DNA of 63,647 bases, counting the filler, from Octopus bimaculoides (Eukaryota): the NCBI RefSeq assembly GCF_001194135.2. It is 6 parts of 6 records of this genome, joined end to end, with 100 filler letters (N's around TTAATTAATTAA, not from the genome) between each part and the next. Parts side by side here need not be neighbours in the genome. Positions count along the whole stretch, not along the records: positions 1 to 5,793 come from NC_068996.1; positions 5,894 to 15,183 come from NC_068998.1; 4 more parts are not named here. One strand, 5' to 3'. Of the stretch, positions 1 to 11,115 are shown one piece after another; positions within the stretch are counted from its first letter, which is position 1, and every line of letters begins with the position of its first letter. The notes beneath the pieces are model-generated. The model was not told the DNA's origin, made no database searches, and saw nothing but the letters and a program-made list of their open reading frames with translations. The translations under genes were made by a program, and so were the position numbers.

Positions 1-55
<55 letters not shown>

Positions 56-346
56 ATACACACTCATAAGTATGTAAGTATGTATGCGTGTATGTATACA
101 TATATGTATGTAGATATCTAAGTATTTATTTATGCATGATGTACGCATATATTCCATGTGTTTATTCGTGCATATATACGAAAATATATCCATTTATATA
201 CATGCATTCATATATTCATATATGTATGCATGTATATATGTACATTCATACATACGCACACACACACATACATACATACATACATACATACTTACATATA
301 TACAAGTATATAAACGCATACATATATTTATATACATATGTATATA
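1..346. repeat. (TA)n and degenerate (CATA)n/(CA)n microsatellite tract
   Basis: Directly visible. ORFs 88..366, 132..347 and 194..391 are translations of the repeat. Confidence 0.95.
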
Positions 347-1384
347 GAAAGAGAAAGAGATCGTAGAGAGAGGGAGAGAAACAAAAAACAAACTGACGAA
401 GATTTCCCATGATACAGATAATCGTTAAGGGGTTATTAATATGCAATGTTTTTGACAATATTTTCTAGAAATATATTTCCATTCTTACTTCTCCACTTAT
501 AACTTCACCAGCAATGTTTACACTCCTGAGAAATGCATGAATATTAAACAATCGTATTTCCCTTCAATATATATGCCTCAAATAAAGTATATTTAAAGAA
601 ATCTCATATTCTTGGACAAACAGGAATGTACGCACGTATGTATGCATCTATTTATGTGTGTACGTTGTGCATATGGCAGACAATAAGATTTCAAAGCAGT
701 TGTTCTACTGTGAGCAGTGCAATGGAAAGCATCCACAACACAAACCATAAAAACGGTACAAAGACTGCATAAAAGACAATTTGAAGGAACTGTAAATAAA
801 GAACTAGCTTTTGAAAGATTTGAGTGGAGGAAGCATATAAGGAAAATTTGTAAACTTTTGAAGAGGTTTGCTTTCACTGGTTATGGAGGGGTCTGTTATA
901 AGAACCTCAATGAGGGCATAAATCGTTGGAGGTGTGAAACATATAAGGAAAGATTGCAAAACTTTCCAAGAAGGTTGCTTAGAGCATGAAAGCCTAAAGC
1001 ACTGGCTTTGGAGGGGTCTGTCATGAGAACCTCAATGAGAGCATAAATTGTTGAAGGTGTTAAACATGTGGCTGTGTACGCCTTTCCAAGGATGGCTGTG
1101 TCAACGATTTGTAGTCCCCTGAAAGATCAATTGTGAAACATCATTCCTCCTAGGCCAGATGGTTCGACATGTTTAGTGTATGAAAGGGCTTGGAAGTCGA
1201 TTTCTTGTCTGAAGAGAGATAGTAATTTCGTTTCCCGTAAATAGAGTTACGATCTTTTTGAATGACTTTTGTCAATGTTATGATTTTTTTTTTCTTCTTG
1301 ACATTTGATAGCCGTTACTTTTATCTTACTTTAGAAGCAAATTGCGCGTAATTTTGTTTACAACTGTTAGTTCAGTGTCAATTT

Positions 1385-1855
1385 TAACACGAACTGCAAA
1401 AACGAACGTTTCCGCCATATTTTGCTTTTTTATTTCCGTAGAAACAAGAAAGCTGCTGAGGCTCACAAAGAGATATCTGGAGTTTACGGTGTTGATTGCT
1501 TAACAGAACGCTCATGTCAGAAATGGTTTCAAAAATTCCGTTCTGGAGATTTGTCTTTCAAAGATAGTCAACGTTCTGGTCGACTTACTGAAATTGATGA
1601 TGACCAAATCAAAGCCATAATTGAATCTGATTGTCATATAAGTGTGCAAGAGATTGCAGAGAGGTTAAATGTATCACACACAACAATTGAAAATCACTTA
1701 GAATATCTTGGATTCAATAAGAAGCTCGATATTTGGGTTCCACGTAAATTGAAAGAGATTGACGAATCAATATCTGCGATTTGCATCTCAAATGCAATGA
1801 AACTAACCTTTTTTTAAACGATTCACCACTGGTGATGAAAAATGGATTGTATATT
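1385..1855 (+). mobile_element. Mariner transposase remnant (N-terminal HTH region to the first catalytic Asp)
   Basis: ORF 1422..1817 reads (F)RHILLFYFR..AAEAHKEI..TERSCQKWFQKFRSGD..RSGR..LDIWVPRKL, matching the mariner WVPHEL motif. After a frameshift it reads TGDEKWIVY at ~1825-1853. Confidence 0.9.
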
Positions 1856-2057
1856 GAAAGAGAAAGAGATCGTAGAGAGAGAGAAACAAAAAAAAACTGA
1901 CGAAGATTTCCCTTGATACAGATAAATGAATATGTGCTGGGGTTGGATTGTCCGACTAAACACTTCGAGATCACAGTCCAATGAGTGAAACAAGTAAAAG
2001 AGTAGAATAATGTGTGTGTGTGTGTGTGTGTGCATCTTTGTATTGTAGAGTGTGTGT

Positions 2058-2105
<48 letters not shown>

Positions 2106-2252
2106 ATAGATTGATTGATAGATAGATATGTGTGTGTATGTGTTCTCGTGTATGTGTGTGTGCGTGTATATATGTTTGTTTGTATATGTATGTATGTGTG
2201 TGTATGTATGTATGTATGTATGTATGTATGTATGTATGTATGTATGTATGTA

Positions 2253-3356
2253 CAGTACCGTGCAAAAGTCTTCGGCCACTCTAAACTATTGTAAATTTCT
2301 ACTAATTGCCAACTTTATAAATGGTTGTTTCGCATTGTTTTTTACAGATGAAACATCGGCCCTGTTGGAGTCATTTCCATACCTAATCATTATATTTTGT
2401 AGTAGGGATTCTGAATGAGAGGGGAAGATGCGAAATGACCACCAAAAATGGCCATGTAAAAGTTTTCGGCCACCTCACGTAAATCAATTAAGATGCAGTA
2501 TTTCAAAAGAGAAAAATGTCTATAATGAGAATTTATTACATAATTTTCATTTCGAAAATTTACTGTACATTGTTAATATTTCGTGTGGCTTCCCTTAGCT
2601 TGAATAATTGCTTCAATGAGCCTGGGAAGAGATGCGTACAAATCTTTCACCATCTTTACAGGTATGAGATGCCATTCTCTGTGGTTGAGCTTCCACAACT
2701 CTTCAAGATTGTGTGAATTCTTTTAACGAACTCTTCTCTTTAGTTCTGTCCACATTTGCTCAATGATATTTAAGTTAGGGCTCTTAGCTGGCCAATTTTT
2801 CGATACGGTAACACCTTCATTGGCCAGACTCTATTGTGTTGCATGCGATCTGTGGCGCGGAACTCCGTCATGATAAAAAATCTCACCTTCATCCAAGTCT
2901 GGTATCAAATTGCTCGTTGGCACTATTCAAGTTACCGTCAATTTTAACCAACTTTCACGAACCATCACTTTTTATATATCCCCAAATCATCAGACTCTTA
3001 CCCACAAACTTCACTGTTTTCGTCGTGTAACATGGGTCGTTTCGCTTTTCTGAAAGAGTTCTGACAAATTCTTACTTATTAGAAATGACTATTATGTAAT
3101 AAATTTTCATTATAGATATTTGATTGGTTTATGTGACGTGGCCGAAAACTTTTACATGACCATTTTTAGTGGTCATTTCGCATCTTCCCCGCTCATTCAG
3201 AATCCCTACTACAAAATATAATGATTAGGTATGGAAATGACTCCAACAGGGCGAATGTTTCAGCTGTAAAAACAATGCGACTCATCCATTTATAAGTTGG
3301 CAATTAGTAGAAATTTACAATAGTTTAAAGTGGCCGAAGACTTTTGCATGCTACTG
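2253..3356 (-). mobile_element. Internally deleted Tc1-family element with ~238 bp IR/DR terminal inverted repeats
   Basis: Termini are TA|CAGTACCGTGCAAAAGTC (2253) and GACTTTTGCATGCTACTG|TA (3356). The TIRs span ~2253-2491 and ~3119-3356. The minus strand encodes FYHDGVPRHRS and WPAKSPNLNIIEQMWTELK (Tc1 DDE motifs). Confidence 0.93.
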
Positions 3357-3769
3357 TATGTATGTATGTATTTATGTATGTATGCATGCATATATGTATG
3401 TATGTATGTATGCATGTATGTATGTATGTATGTAATGTATGTATGTATGTATGCATGCGTTTGTTTATGTATGTATGCATGCATGTATGTATGTATGTAT
3501 ATATGTATGTATGTGTGTATGTATGCATGCATGTATGTATGCATGTATGTATGTATGCATGTATGTGTGTATGTTTGTATGTATGTGTGTGTGTATGCGT
3601 ACATGCATGTATGTATGTACGTATTATTTGCATGCACGTATGTATGTATGTATGTATGTATGCATGTATGTATATGCATGTACACATGTATGCATATATG
3701 AATTATGTATATATGTATATGTATATATGTATGTATGCATGCTAGTTTCAATTTGTCTTGTACTGGTTC

Positions 3770-4310
3770 TCCTGAAAGCGTCTTCATTTGTTACGTTTAC
3801 AAGAATCATTGATGGAAAACATCTAGTTTTCTGTCAACATTTTTAAAGACCTTTTCTCAAATTTGTGATACTCTGTTCGAACGAAAATAGGGAAGACAGA
3901 CCTCTTCGACATCCTTACTGGAGTGAAACAAGACTGCATTCTATCGCCCCAAATGTTCCTATCGGTTGTAGAACTTGTCCTAAAGAGAACAGCAACCATA
4001 CCAATGGAGAGATACCATGGAAACCACAGACTAGACAGAAAAACTTGGACTTTGCTAATGACAATGTCTTACTCGCTGAAGATAAAATCTTACATCAGAA
4101 TTAGAACAAAATGCAAGAAAGATTGGCCTGAGAATCAGTGTGGAGAAGACCAAAACAACGAACATACAAATTATGACTGTCAATCGACAACACACCTCGA
4201 CATCAGTCACCTAAATATCGATACAGCTGACAGATTCACTTATCGGAATGGCGTCATTAGTAATAATGACGATATTGAGACTAACATCAAGCATGAATTT
4301 GGCAAGGACT
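3770..4310 (+). mobile_element. RTE-like LINE reverse transcriptase fragment
   Basis: Frameshifted motifs FDILTGVKQDCILSPQMF, LDFANDNVLL and FTYRNGVISNNDDIETNIKHEFGK correspond to RTE RT domains 4-7. Confidence 0.75.
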
Positions 4311-4384
4311 TGGCGGTATACCAGGTCCTCCCGCACTATCAGGTCCTCCATCTCCACCAGCTTACACACAAAGATCTGGTTCTA

Positions 4385-5775
4385 TAGACAGTTAACTATG
4401 ACGCAAGGTGTTGCATATACCTTTCCTTGAACGAGTTTCCCGTCATTTCGATATGCGTCTTTGGTATTCCGTTGAGATCCGTGATCTTGGCCTTCTATAC
4501 GAGTTCTTTCTCGAGATAGTTGCTGTTTAGAGGGCAACAGTTTGGGGACCTGAAGTTGCACTGTCTTTCTGGGATGTTTCTGATGTGTTTATGTTTGTTG
4601 CGATTAAGTATTATTGACTCTATATTGGAGAGGCAACTATAGCTAACTTTAACAGTGCTTCCATTGAAGATTTTGTGGTAGTTGTGTGAATGTGGGAAAT
4701 GGTTGCCAGTTAGTTTTAAGAATTTCCTAGCTATGTTACTAGCTATAAGGTTACTAGCTATATTCATGCTATAAGGTGGATTGAACCATAGGATCTTTCT
4801 CTGTTTGCGTCTTCTTGGTCTATTTGTGTTTGGTTCAATGTAGTGCATGCTATTCTTGAAGTTGGAACTTTCTAATACCGAATTTCTAATATGAAGCGAC
4901 TTCTTCAAAAGTGTCTTTATCGACGGATAAATTGGAGACCCGCCTGCTAATGTTGTTAATTATTTGTTTAACTATTGTTGGTGGGTGGTTGGAACCTATA
5001 TCTATGTACAAGGCTTCCTCGTTTTCATTGTGATAGGATTTAAATTTTCCTTTGTTAAGATTCATGTCAATGTCTAGGAAGTTGACTTCTTTAAGGTTTG
5101 TACTAATTGTAGTTCTTAAGCCAAGCAGGCTAAATATTTTGCATAATTTTCTCCTTATTCTATCCATACCATATCCGTTTTTATTATGTACTACTCCCAG
5201 GCCATCGTCCTTGTATAAACCTGTGTTTGCACCTTTTATTTTTTTAAGGACATCTAGTATATAAAGGCCTACATGGTCAGCTATTTCATTCATGTCATAG
5301 CTCCCCATTGCTACATCAAGCAATTCGTCTCCTTCCATTTTTTACCCAGAAGTTATCATGAAAGTGTAATGGCTTCCATGCGTTCATAATTATGTTTATA
5401 TCGGTATTTGTTATAGTGACGTATGCTTTGCTAAATTCAAGTGCCTTCTGAAGCAAGCTTTTGGAAATCGCGGGGTAGAACCCTACGATGTCGAATTGTG
5501 TAAATTTGTATTTGGGTTTATCTTCTATTTTCTTAAACCATTCAATAGTTGCAGTACTACATATCCATTGGTTAAGATCTGTGTGTGCTTTGATATATCG
5601 TATAATGTTATCTAATATAGATTTACTAATAATTCCTATTTAACTTATTGTGAGATTTATTAATCTACAGCTAGGATTTTGGGTAAAATTGTTTTTATAG
5701 TTTCTCAGAGATATACAAGGATTTCGTGGGATAAGCTTTTCTACTTTGTCTTCTATTTTAAACTTTGTGACTAGA
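4385..5775 (-). mobile_element. Penelope-like retroelement remnant (RT, Zn-knuckle linker, GIY-YIG start)
   Basis: Minus-strand reading: NPSCRLIN, NQW..IEWFKKI, FDIVGFYPAIS, DVAMGSYD, GLYKDDGL, VNFLDI, SNHPPTI, ILWFNPPYS, KVSYSCL, CNFR..CCPLN, LV*KAK..THIEMTGNSFKERY. There are two stops and one frameshift. Confidence 0.88.
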
Positions 5776-5904
5776 TTTTATATGTATATATATNNNNNNN
5801 NNNNNNNNNNNNNNNNNNNNNNNNNNNNNNNNNNNNNTTAATTAATTAANNNNNNNNNNNNNNNNNNNNNNNNNNNNNNNNNNNNNNNNNNNNTATATAT
5901 ATGT

Positions 5905-6101
5905 ATGTTTGTGTTTGTCCCCCCCCCAACATCGCTTGACAACCGATGGTGGTGTGTTTACACCCCCGTAGCTTAGCGGTTCGGCAAAAGAGACCGATGG
6001 AATAAGTACTAGGCTTACAAAGAATAAGTCCTGGGGTCGATTTGCTCGACTAAAGGCGGTACTCCAGCATGGCCGCAGTCAAATGACTGAAACAAGTAAA
6101 A
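5905..6101 (+). mobile_element. SINE family A, 3' half
   Basis: Shares the tail CCAGCATGGCCGCAGTC..TGACTGAAACAAGTAAAAG with copies at 43274-43658, 54064-54280 (reverse) and 35550-35590. Confidence 0.85.
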
Positions 6102-7401
6102 GTGTATGTGTTTCTTTTTTTATTAACATGTATATACGGGTGTGTGCGTGTGTGTGCTTGTGTGTGTTCGTGTGTGTGTATGCATGTGTGTATGGATCTG
6201 TGTTCGTGTGTGTGTGTTTTGTCTATTCACATTCTAAAGTCTATTATTATTGTCGGTGTTGTAATAATAGCTAACAAGCAGTTTATCATATGTTTTTTTA
6301 AAATATATTTTGAAAGTTAGAACTTAAACAGGAAGCAAAAACTGAAAAAAAAAATTTATAGATTTACTTCTCACTTACTATCACCCTTTTCTCCCTAGTA
6401 CCCTTATAAAATTTCCTATCACCCTCCTAGGGAGCGATACTTTTCACTTGGAGATGTAATTAATTGAAATGAATTACAGAACTACAATTAAACTTTATCC
6501 ATTCATAGATTAATCTTTATCTAGCCATGTCTGAATTGGTATATTTCGGTTTTAATAAAATGTAACTCATTTTGCAACAACTGTTGATTTTGCGCCTGAG
6601 TTAGCAACCGTTTCCGTGGGGTTGGTTGAGACTGGTACCGGTAATATACTGGGTCCGATTAATAAGCATAATACTGATTTTTTTTTATCGTTGTGAGTTC
6701 AATTCCATGCACAGGTGGTTGCTTCAGGGTAATCACATACACAAATGTGTAAAGAAATATATTTTGGGAGAAAACCACTGAGATAATTAGGTGTTTTCAT
6801 CATTATTGCTGATCATTAGCTACTATAATTAACGTTAAATATAATAATTATCATTAACTACTATAATTAGCTGCAATATTCAACAGGTACAATAATAATT
6901 AACAAGTACATTAATATGTGTGTCAGAATGCATATATAGAGATAGATAGAGAGAGAGGCTGGAGAGGCAGAGATACACAAACAGACAGACAAAGATGCAC
7001 ACAGACATGCATGATAATAATTAACAGGTGCGAAAATAGTTTAGGGCACAATAACAAATAGCAGATATAATAATTAGCAGGTAGAATAATAATTAGTAAA
7101 TATAGTGATTAATATCAAGTGCATTAATTACCTTTACCATATACATCTTTTGAATTTTAGTAATTGGTAATTTGTTTTATAACCATTGTACTAAGAATAC
7201 ACGTTTAATCTTCATTAGCCTTCCAATCCAGCCAGCCAGCCAGCCAGCCATCCCTTCCATCCATCCATCCATCCATCCATATATACATACACACACACAT
7301 ACATATATACACACATGCATACATTACATATATACATATATTTGTGTGTGTATATATATATTATATATCTGTCTATCTATCTCTCTATATATATATTATC
7401 A

Positions 7402-7464
<63 letters not shown>

Positions 7465-7673
7465 CACACACACGCGCGCATACTATTTCTATATGCATAT
7501 ATGTAAATGAATATGTATATACATATATATAAATGCATATATGTACTATATGTAGGGAAATATGTATATATACATATAATATAATATAGGATAAAATCTT
7601 TATAAGAATTTATCAAGTAGTCAGCGTGAAAAAAACCTCATAAGGAAAAAAAATTCATCATTTTTTTCCATAA

Positions 7674-7973
7674 ATATATATAATTTATATAAAGGGCATT
7701 AACTGTGTAGTAATGCCTCACGCTTCGAGGGACTAAATAAGTCAAAAACTACCAAAAAATAAGCAACATATTTACCGTAAGCGAGGGAATGCAGCTTTCA
7801 AAATTAATCTCTTAAAAACATTTAACTTAACGGTAAACCACTGGTTTCTCAATCAAATACAGAAAAACTGTGAAGTAACCTGCATCTTTTGTTCATCAGT
7901 ACACGTATGGTCGAGATACATAAAAATACTACATTACTACACAGTTAATGCCCTTTATATAAATTATATATAT
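7674..7973. repeat. Perfect 42 bp inverted repeat (7674-7715 / 7932-7973) enclosing ~215 bp
   Basis: ATATATATAATTTATATAAAGGGCATTAACTGTGTAGTAATG and its exact reverse complement. Confidence 0.95.
7830..7909 (-). ncRNA. Degenerate type I hammerhead ribozyme-like motif
   Basis: Minus strand: cgtgta-CTGATGA-(stem ATGCAGG/TCTGTAT with two GU pairs)-GAAA-CCAgTGGT-t-taccgt. Stem III is short and palindromic, and stem I is imperfect. Confidence 0.5.
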
Positions 7974-8120
7974 ACATGTACACATATATAAATGTATATA
8001 TACATATATGTATCCATATATAGTAAATTAGTAGCTCCAGCTCTCTGAAGCTACTAGTTTTGTTTGTACTTATACACAGATTGTGCTTGCTTCTCTCTGG
8101 GATTGTTCAAATGATATAGA

Positions 8121-8165
8121 TATCTCTGACGAGACCTCAATAATATCAGAAATCGATTAAGACTG
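8121..8165 (+). ncRNA. Weak hammerhead-like core
   Basis: CTGACGA (8126-8132), then GAAA (8149-8152), then palindromic ATCGAT. Stems I and II pair poorly. Confidence 0.3.
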
Positions 8166-9844
8166 TTCATTATTTCTTTTTTTTTCAGTCTTCAGAGAAA
8201 TAAGTTAAATTCGCCGTCTCTGAATGTCTACGATGTTGATTTACATACATACATACATACATAGACGTACGTATGTATGTTTGTGTATATGTATTTCTGT
8301 ATATACATATATATATATGTACACACACAGATAAGTTCCACTTCAAAAGGAGCCAAACCAACATACCATGACTATGACATAGATTTTTTCCCATTAACGA
8401 TCCACAAATTAAAAATTCAATTAGAAAAAAAAATAAATGATAATTAAAACAAAAATTCGAAACATTTTTTTCTTCCCGTTTTTGCCTCTCATTCCTCGCT
8501 CTTTGCACACGCGCACATATCTTTACTTGTAAAGTACGTTTATATATAAGCATATATACACACATGTATTTATGTACGTTTGTATGTATGTACGAATGTA
8601 TGTATATACAGATGAATGCTTGAATACTTGTATGTATAAATATAAGTAAATACGTACGTATATATGTGTACATGTATGTGTGTATGAATGTACGTACGTA
8701 CGGTCGTGTGTAGTGTATGCACCATTGTATAAATGTGTGTATGTATGATTGTATGTGTATATGTTTTTATCGTTGTATATACATATATAAATTTATGAGT
8801 AAATAAACACTTTCTTTCATTCAGAATCCATAAAAAAAAAAGATATTCTGTTCAAGAAGTGTTGAGGGGAGGGGCGGGAATAAAAGGTCTATTCAAATAA
8901 ATGGGCTCACGTATGGTAATGATTCCCTTTGTAAAAAACTGGTCCCTTCAATGAAACAAAACGTTCCTTTTCTCTGATACATTTCAGAGATGCTGAACCC
9001 CTTAATGTACAAGGTCAACAGAGTTTGTTTGATAAAAAAAAAAATCAATAAATCAATAATTAAGTATATATATATANNNNNNNNNNNNNNNNNNNNNNNN
9101 NNNNNNNNNNNNNNNNNNNNNNNNNNNNNNNNNNNNNNNNNNNNNNNNNNNNNNNNNNNNNNNNNNNNNNNNNNNNNNNNNNNNNNNNNNNNNNNNNNNN
9201 NNNNNNNNNNNNNNNNNNNNNNNNNNNNNNNNNNNNNNNNNNNNNNNNNNNNNNNNNNNNNNNNNNNNNNNNNNNNNNNNNNNNNNNNNNNNNNNNNNNN
9301 NNNNNNNNNNNNNNNNNNNNNNNNNNNNNNNNNNNNNNNNNNNNNNNNNNNNNNNNNNNNNNNNNNNNNNNNNNNNNNNNNNNNNNNNNNNNNNNNNNNN
9401 NNNNNNNNNNNNNNNNNNNNNNNNNNNNNNNNNNNNNNNNNNNNNNNNNNNNNNNNNNNNNNNNNNNNNNNNNNNNNNNNNNNNNNNNNNNNNNNNNNNN
9501 NNNNNNNNNNNNNNNNNNNNNNNNNNNNNNNNNNNNNNNNNNNNNNNNNNNNNNNNNNNNNNNNNNNNNNNNNNNNNNNNNNNNNNNNNNNNNNNNNGAG
9601 AGGGTGGTTAGAAACAAAAGCCCTTATAAATCAGATCGGTTAAAACAACAACAACAACAAAAAATAAATAGAGAAAGTATAACGAATCTATTTCCCCCCG
9701 ATGTTATGAGGAAACATAAAAAAATAGGGCTTCTATGATCCACCAACACTATTACCAACACCATTACCTCCACTACCACCACCACCACCGCCACTACTAG
9801 TATCACCACCACCACCACCAAGTCTGGGCAAGTCCAAGGGAAAG

Positions 9845-10001
9845 GCAAAGGGGCCGATACAGCTTGGCACCAGTGACGTCACAATGCATTTCTACAACTG
9901 AGTGAACTGGAGCAACGTGAAATAAAGTGTCTTGCTCAAGTCCGGGAATCGAACTCACTGCGCATGATTGTAAGCCCGATACTCTGAGCCATGCGCCTTC
10001 A
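9845..10001 (-). mobile_element. tRNA-derived SINE family C
   Basis: The reverse complement starts GTGAAGGCGCATGGCTCAG (A box) and contains GAGTTCGATTCCC (B box). It has the same head as 62311-62577. Confidence 0.75.
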
Positions 10002-10464
10002 CAAACCTCTCTCTCTAATAATTTAAAAATACAAAAGAACGTGTACTTTAGTATAGTTCTTGGCTGTGATTTATTCCGGCAGCAAACCCGTGATGACGTT
10101 TACAGACCCCAAACCGCACACGGAATTAAATAAATTATAGGATACATGCAGCCGTTGTATCTTTTTTATTTTTTATTTTTCTATCTCGCTGTGGTTTCAA
10201 ATGTCACTAAGTCTCGAGTATGTGGTCGCTGATCAAGAGACAATAAATCCTTTATAAACATCTTGCTGCGTTACTTTATTTTATTTGTTTATTTAAGTCT
10301 GTTCCACTCCACACGTCTACCTCAGCAGTATTTCAACAATATTGCTGTCTCTAACACCACCGAGGTGATGAAAAACCGAAATGAAACAATATATTGTTAA
10401 CTTCGGAGACAATATTTATGACGTTTGCCGGTATAACTATACAAATGTGTCACCCCACCGCCAT

Positions 10465-10880
10465 CGACTTTGTTTCCTCATAACTTTCAGAAAAATCGAT
10501 ATTTGTTTCAACAAATTTTCTACATTATACGTTTCAGATAGTATAAATTACGATCGTATCAGAATTTGTCGTGAAAAAAAAAAAAGAGGTATTTAGGATA
10601 ATTCACACAAATCGAATTTATTTCCTGATAATTTTCAGAAACTACCTGTTTTTAACGAAATTTTCTACAAACATTTTTCAGATGGTGTACATTCCGAATC
10701 TATTAGATTTTGTTGTGAAAAAATTTTTCGGGACAGGGGTGGGCTTCAGGAATTTCAGATAATTCACAACAAACGAATTTGTCTTCTCATAACTTTCAGA
10801 AAAATGGGCGTTTTTTAATGAAATTTTCAACCAATGCTTTTCAAATAGGGTGTAGATTTTGAGTATGTCTTAATTTGTAG
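10465..10880. repeat. Three diverged ~150-160 bp tandem units
   Basis: The core cga(a/c)ttt.t.t.ct.ataa.tttcagaaa....aaattttc recurs at ~10465, ~10612 and ~10774. Confidence 0.75.
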
Positions 10881-10980
10881 TAGATGTGGGGATGGTAGAG
10901 AAATTTTGGATAAACCCTTGAAGGCCATATCCTATCATGGCCTCAGTTCAATCACAGTTATTAAGTAAAAAGTAGGATAT

Positions 10981-11035
<55 letters not shown>

Positions 11036-11115
11036 CATACGCGTGTGTCTGTGCTTACTCAATATTTTCTAAATGCTTTCAATCCTACTTTGACCATGCT
11101 GGGGTAAACCCAATA

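Noticed and set aside
3290-3846. His/Tyr/Cys/Val-rich ORFs (HTYI, VCMY repeats) here and at 1714, 35151 and 51399
   Set aside because: They are translations of (CATA)n, (CA)n and (TA)n microsatellites with no coding evidence.
5838-5849. TTAATTAATTAA islands inside N runs (also 15228, 32801, 56496, 61526)
   Set aside because: An identical 12-mer centred in gaps, with stops in all six frames, is a scaffolding spacer rather than biology.
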